Assembly: GCF_016432865.1 (NCBI RefSeq)
Contig: NC_067403.1
Span: 256,060,001-256,124,000, forward strand
Length of the DNA stretch: 64,000 nt
Direction of reading: 5' to 3'
From: Antechinus flavipes
Taxonomy: Eukaryota
Position 1 is the stretch's first letter. The number at the start of each line of letters is the position of its first letter. The notes under the pieces were generated by a model. That model searched no databases and had not been told where the DNA came from. It saw nothing but the letters and a program-made list of their open reading frames with translations. Shown piece by piece: positions 58,757 through 64,000 of the stretch. The translations under genes and the position numbers were made by a program.

Positions 58757-61016
58757 CGGCTCTTGTCTCTGCTGAGATCTTGTCTTCTGTGAGATAGGGC
58801 CGGGGAAAGGGGCGTGCTGGGACAATGGGGACCGGCTGCAGCGTCTCCTTCTGCCAGCAGGTGGGGCTGCGGCCGCGCAGCCCGGTCTGAAGTTGCCTGG
58901 GACTGGCAGCGAGTGCCAGTCTCCAGGCCTGAGTGTGAGAAGCCTCGGAGGGCAGGGCTCTGATCCCTGCTGTGCCCCCAATGGTTCGGACCTCCCGGGG
59001 CCGGGCCGAGACGCCCCTTTCCCTTCTGGGCCCCCACTTTTCTGTGAAAAGGAGCCGGCTGGCTTGGAGCTGCCAAGTGCCTGCTGCCTGAATTTGGCCC
59101 CGTTTGGAGCCAAGGGGGAGGGGGGTGGGGTGGAAGTGGAAGGAACCGTCCATCTTGAGAGAAACTTTCCACCCAGTCTGGGGGTGGAGTTGCAGCTGAG
59201 GCTGGGGCTCCCGCTGGGGCAGGAAGTGAGAGGGCTGCGCTCCCAGGCCCATCTTGGGGCCGCTCCCCTGGGGAGGAAGGGAGGGAGGAAGGAACGAGCT
59301 GAGGGGCCTGCTGCCCCACCCCCTCCCCATCCGAGGAAGAAAGCAGAGCCCATCGCCAAGCTTCGGGCGGACCTGGGGAGACCCTGCTCCCCCGGAGCTC
59401 AATGTTGGGGGGGGGAGCTTTCAGATCCTGCAGAGAATACGCCCCCAGCTCCGTTCTCATTCGGGCCCCTCGTGCAAGGGCGCAGCCTGAGTCCTCCCAA
59501 GTCCGCTGGGCTCCGCGGGCCGGCCGCCCCGCCCAGTCCGGGAACCCCCTCTCCCCACGCGCCAGGAAGCGGCCAGAAACCCGGCCAGACGGGCCACAGA
59601 CACACCCGCCCTCCTCCGTCCCCGTGCCCCTCCCCGAGCCTTCCCGAGAGCAGAGGGCCCGGAGGCCGGCACCAGTGGGGAGGGAATGCTCAGAGCGGAT
59701 CAAGCGGACTCTGAATGGATGACGAGAGCAGAGAGTGATCAGTGACTTTATAGACTCTTCTGTAGGTCTCCCCACAACCCTGCGGGAGGACCCAGGGAAG
59801 CATTTTACAGATGAGGAAACTGAGTCTTTGGAGAGACTTAAGTCCCTTGGGAAAGCTCACACACTAGTGTCAGAAGCAGGGGGAGGGGCTCAGATCTCCA
59901 TCTTCCTGCTCTCAGACCCCTGGATTTGCCCTGTGTCTCACCCGCTGACATTGCTGTGCGTGAGGGGGGTCCGAGGCCGCCGTCCCTCCTCCCTCCCTCC
60001 TCCCTCCCCTGGATGTTCCCGCATCATTTATACCCTCCCTCCCTCCCCCATCTCCAGACATTGGTGTTCTCTCCTGCGGGGAATTCCCTCCGGAGGAAAC
60101 TCCCTTCCCGGGCTCCCCTCGGGCCCTCTCTCAGGAACGGCCGCTTGTCCCCTCAGCCGCGCAGGGCCCGGCAGTCGGGTCCCCCTCCCCCAGCGGAGGA
60201 TTTCGTACAAAGGGCCAGCCCGCGGGGGTGCGAGCCCAGCGCCCCGCGCTCCCCTCCACGCGCACCCCGCCTCCCGCACAGGCTGGGCCCCGGACAGCTC
60301 CCAACAACCTCGGGCGCGGAGGGCGCACGGCCCCCGGCCCGCCCCCGCCCCGCCCCCGCGGGCTGAGCCGCACTCCCTCCCCCCCTTGGGGAGGTCTGTC
60401 CCGGGGCCCGCGCCCACGAGGGATCGAGGGAGCGCACCGGCCGCCTCCGCCAGCCCGCACCCGCCCCGGCCCGGCCACCCGCCAGCCCGCACGCAGAGTT
60501 GACAGCGCGCCTCGCCGCCTCTCCCCTCCTCCTCCTCCTCTGCCTCGCAGGCCTCCGGGTCCCAGGACAGGCTCCCCCTCCCTCCCGCCCCGCCCCTCCC
60601 CCTTCTCCGCCCTCCTTCCGTCGGGGGGGGGGGGGGGTGCGGCTCCAGGAAACGGGCGCCCAGTCCGCTCGCTGCGAGTGTCCCTCAGCTCCTCGGGCGC
60701 GCGCCCCCAGCTCAGCCCGGCGCTCCCAAACTTGGGTCCCGGCAGAGCCCGGGTCCGAGACTGAGTCCTCGCTGCCCAACACTAGCCTGGACGGGACGGG
60801 CCGGGCCGGGCCGGGACTGGACCGGACCCCGGGGGACGCTCCGGACCGGGAGCCGCGGGTGTCGGGCCCCGGACTTTGAGACGCCGGCCCCGAGGGGTGA
60901 GGGGCGGTGAGCGACCCCCCCCAGCCCAGCCCCGGTACCCGGGATGGAGCCCCGAGCTCCGGTAGGGGCTGCCGGCCGCCGCGTCTGAGGGGAGGGGGCC
61001 CAGGCGAGGGGAGGCC

Positions 61017-63779
61017 ATGACCTCGGTGTGGAAGCGGCTCCAGCGCGTGGGGAAACGCGCCGCCAAGTTCCATTTCGTGGCGTGTTATCAGGAGCTGGTG
61101 GTGGAGTGCACCAAGAAATGGTGAGTGAGAGCCGGCCCGCGGGGGGGGGGGGACCCCACGCACTGTGCCCCCTGCCAGGATGGCACTGCCCCCTCCCTGT
61201 GCCCGGCCCTGCTCAGCCCCCACGGGCTCCCCTGGGGGGGGGCTTCTCCCATTCCTCTGCCTGACAGGAGAAGCCCCCGGGTCTCAGTCTGGCTCGGATC
61301 CTCCCGGGAAAGGGCTCCCACCACAGGAGGTAGACTGAGGAAGGAGACATTTGAAGGGGGTCTCTGTGGGGGCCCATAGAGCTCCTCAATCCAGCGGGTC
61401 CCGCTGCCTTTGGGGGGGCAGGGGAGGAAGTGGGGCAGCTGCTCTGGCTCCTCAGAAGGGGGGGGCGAGACCTCCAGACCTGCCAGAGCTAGACCCCACT
61501 TCTCTCCCTGGCCCAGCCCCCCAACCCCCTCCCCCTTCCTGTGCCTCTGACCACGAAGTCCAGCCCTTTCCTTGGGTGGGAAGGAGGATCTCTCGGGGTG
61601 GGGCAGGGGAGCAGGAGTGGGGACCCTGGGGGGTCTGGGCGGAAGGGGGTGGGGTGGGGGGCAGGGAGAAGGTCAGAGGAAGGGCCGGGCAGCTGACGTC
61701 CCAGCTCTCCCCCGGGGAGGAAAGGGGCAGAGACAGGGCAAAGATGCCTGGCAGGGCAGGGAGCCACGAGGCTGAGAGATTTCTCCTTAAAAGGGGAAAC
61801 TGAGACTGGCGAGGGAAGGAGGAGACTTAAAGGGGCCTGGAGGAAGTTCGGGGAGGAGGGGGGGAGGAGGGGGGGGAAGAGCCTGGAATCTCAGGGAGAG
61901 GGGGAGCAGAAGGGGAAAGGGCCCGGGGGCCCAGAGCCAGCAGCAAGGCCCGGGGAAAGGAGAGCGAGCAGAGGAGGGCCGGGAGCTGGCGGGGCAGGGG
62001 CAGGGCTCCCTCAGCAGGCCCCGGCCTGCCCCTGGCTCCCCGGTGCCATCTCTGACGGGCCGCTCGCCCTGTGGTCTGGGTGACCCAGCCCAAAGCAGGG
62101 CCAGGTGGCTCCTGGCAGCCGGTCCCACCCAGCTGCTTCTCGTCCCCTCGTCATAGCCTAAATATACCCGAGGCGGCGGTGTCAGCTTCCCCGGGAGCCA
62201 GGATTAGGGCCCAGCTGCCACCCTGGGCCCATCCTGCCTCAACCGGGGCTAAAATTAGCCTCCCAGCCCCGGGGCCTGGGGGGTGTGGGGGCACTGGGGG
62301 TGTGGGGGCACTGGGGGTGGGGGGCACTGGGGGCTATGGGAGGCACTGGGGGTGTGGGGGCACTGGGAGGGGCCCCCATCCCCACCGGGCAGTGGCTGCA
62401 GCTGGCTGAGTCATTTCTTCTCTGAGCCTCAGTCTCCTCTGTCAGAGGGCTAATCACTGGGGCAGGGATGCCGGGAGCATGGTGGGAAGATGCTGAGCGG
62501 GCCAAGGGCAGAGACAGGGGAGCCCGGGGGCTGGGCAGAGCCCTGGCGGGGATTAGTCTGGAGGACTGACTCAGGAGGCGTCCCTGTCACCCTGGAGCCT
62601 CTGAGGCTGGAACCGTGGCCCCCGCCTCCCCGAGCTCCGGGCAGCGGAGGAGGCAGAAGGCGCCGAGCCCCGGCCGACAAACGGGGAGGGCAGGGGCTTC
62701 TCCCTGGCCCGAGGCTCCGGAGCTGCCCGGCTTTGGGCCCTGCTGTTGCTCTCTGAGCAGCCCGCGTCCTCCCCGTGGGGGCCGGGGGAGCCCCAAAGGC
62801 GGAGAGCGGCAGCCCCTGTGCGTGTGCCCCTCCTGGGGGGATGCCCCGGCCCTCTGAGCCGCCCCCGCAGAAGCTGCTTCCCTTTGAGAGGCCGGATCCC
62901 GCAAAGATTGGGGGGGGTTCTCGATTTTACTCTGCTCCACTCTGGAACCCTCCCCGCTCTGCCTCCATCGCTGCCCCGCCCCCAGCTCAGATTCCCACCG
63001 CCAGGTCCTTGCTCAGGCTGTGCTGCCCTCGCCATCTTTACTGAATCCTTCACGTGTATTTTTGCCCCACCCAGCCCGGAAAGGCCGCAGGAGCCGACTG
63101 TGTCCTGGCCAAACCCGGTCTCCTGGGCACCAAGTCTGGCACATGGGTGCGGGGGGGCAGAGAGTTCCTTTCCCTTCTCCCCATAACCCCCCCTTCCAGG
63201 CCGGCCTTGCTGTGCCCTGGGGGGTCTGGCCCGGAGCTGAGCACAGGGAGAAGGGCCGGTCCCAGGGGGCCCTTCCTGAGGCCGTGGCGGCCGACAATGG
63301 GCGTCCCTCAGGCCGCTCGTCCCGGCCGTCCCCGGCTCGCTCCCTTCCACCCTTTGCCCTATTGCCCCATGCTCCACCCTGCCCCGAGTCTCCACCCTAC
63401 AACTGTGCCCCGAGATAAGGGAGCTGCTGCCTGATCCTCCCCTCCCATGGGTCAGAGGTGGGGGGGGGGCTGGAGGGCGAGCAGAGGAGGCTGGGCCGTC
63501 CCACCGAGTGCTCCCCTTCTCTCTGCCCCCCCCCCAGGCAGCCGGACAAGCTGGTGGTCGTGTGGACCCGGAGGAACCGGCGCATCTGCTCCAAGGTACG
63601 TCCAGGACCCCCCACTTCTGTCGGGCTTTGGGGGGAGATGGAGAGCACGGGGGCTGCTCTGGGGCTGAGAAATCTTTCCACAGGCCCACAGCTGGCAGCC
63701 CGGGATCCAGAACCCTTACCGGGGCATGGTGGTGTGGATGGTGCCGGAGAATGTGGATATCTCCGTGACCCTGTATCGG
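61017..63779 (+). CDS. EHBP1L1: EH domain-binding protein 1-like 1, coding exons 1-3 (NT-C2 domain); the gene continues beyond the window
   Basis: Exons 61017-61120, 63538-63595 and 63684-63779. Translation MTSVWKRLQRVGKRAAKFHFVACYQELVVECTKKW|QPDKLVVVWTRRNRRICSK|AHSWQPGIQNPYRGMVVWMVPENVDISVTLYR. It is preceded by a CpG island at ~60100-61000. Confidence 0.95.
62278..62373. repeat. G-rich tandem repeat (GGGGGCACTGGGGGTGT-like, about 5 copies), G-quadruplex-capable
   Basis: Repeated G5 runs separated by CACT or TGT linkers in EHBP1L1 intron 1. Confidence 0.85.
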
Positions 63780-64000
63780 GTGAGCCCCCGGCCCTGTGCC
63801 CACCGGCCCCATGGCACTGATGGAGCTCCCCGAGGGAAGCACCCACTGTGTGCAGGGCCCGGAGCTCTGACAAGGCAGAGCCAGCTCGCCCACGGGAGCG
63901 CCGGGGAAAGAGAACCCTGGTTCTCGGGGGGATCTCAGACCCCTGATGTCTGCAGGGCAGGAAATTCCCTGCACCCGTGGAGGAAGAAAGGGAGAGAGGG

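Noticed and set aside
60499-60879. Signal-peptide-like ORF (MTARLAASPLLLLLCLAG...) upstream of EHBP1L1
   Set aside because: It starts at TTG, the Leu run comes from a (CCT)n tract in the CpG island, and it stops before the EHBP1L1 ATG.

Overview
Vertebrate genomic DNA, most likely from a dasyurid marsupial (WSINE1/MAR1-type SINEs, marsupial L1 and RTE fragments, and an OC1-type hAT MITE). It is syntenic with human 11q13.1. In order: the 3' part of the lncRNA MALAT1 with its triple helix and tRNA-like mascRNA (1-3593); a repeat-rich ~19 kb intergenic region with orphan regulatory-looking elements and one assembly gap; complete SCYL1 (+, 18 coding exons); complete LTBP3 (-, 28 coding exons), tail-to-tail with SCYL1; ZNRD2/SSSCA1 (+); FAM89B (+); and the first three coding exons of EHBP1L1 (+). 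Exon boundaries were derived by hand from GT/AG sites and frame continuity. Comparisons with human sequences are from memory and need real alignments. I found no evidence of a wholly new gene system. The best leads are a candidate antisense promoter facing the MALAT1 3' end, covariation in mascRNA, splice-site-like motifs in MALAT1, an OC1 MITE, overlapping 3' ends, tandem or duplicated splice sites, and orphan CCAAT, homeodomain and MEF2 clusters.
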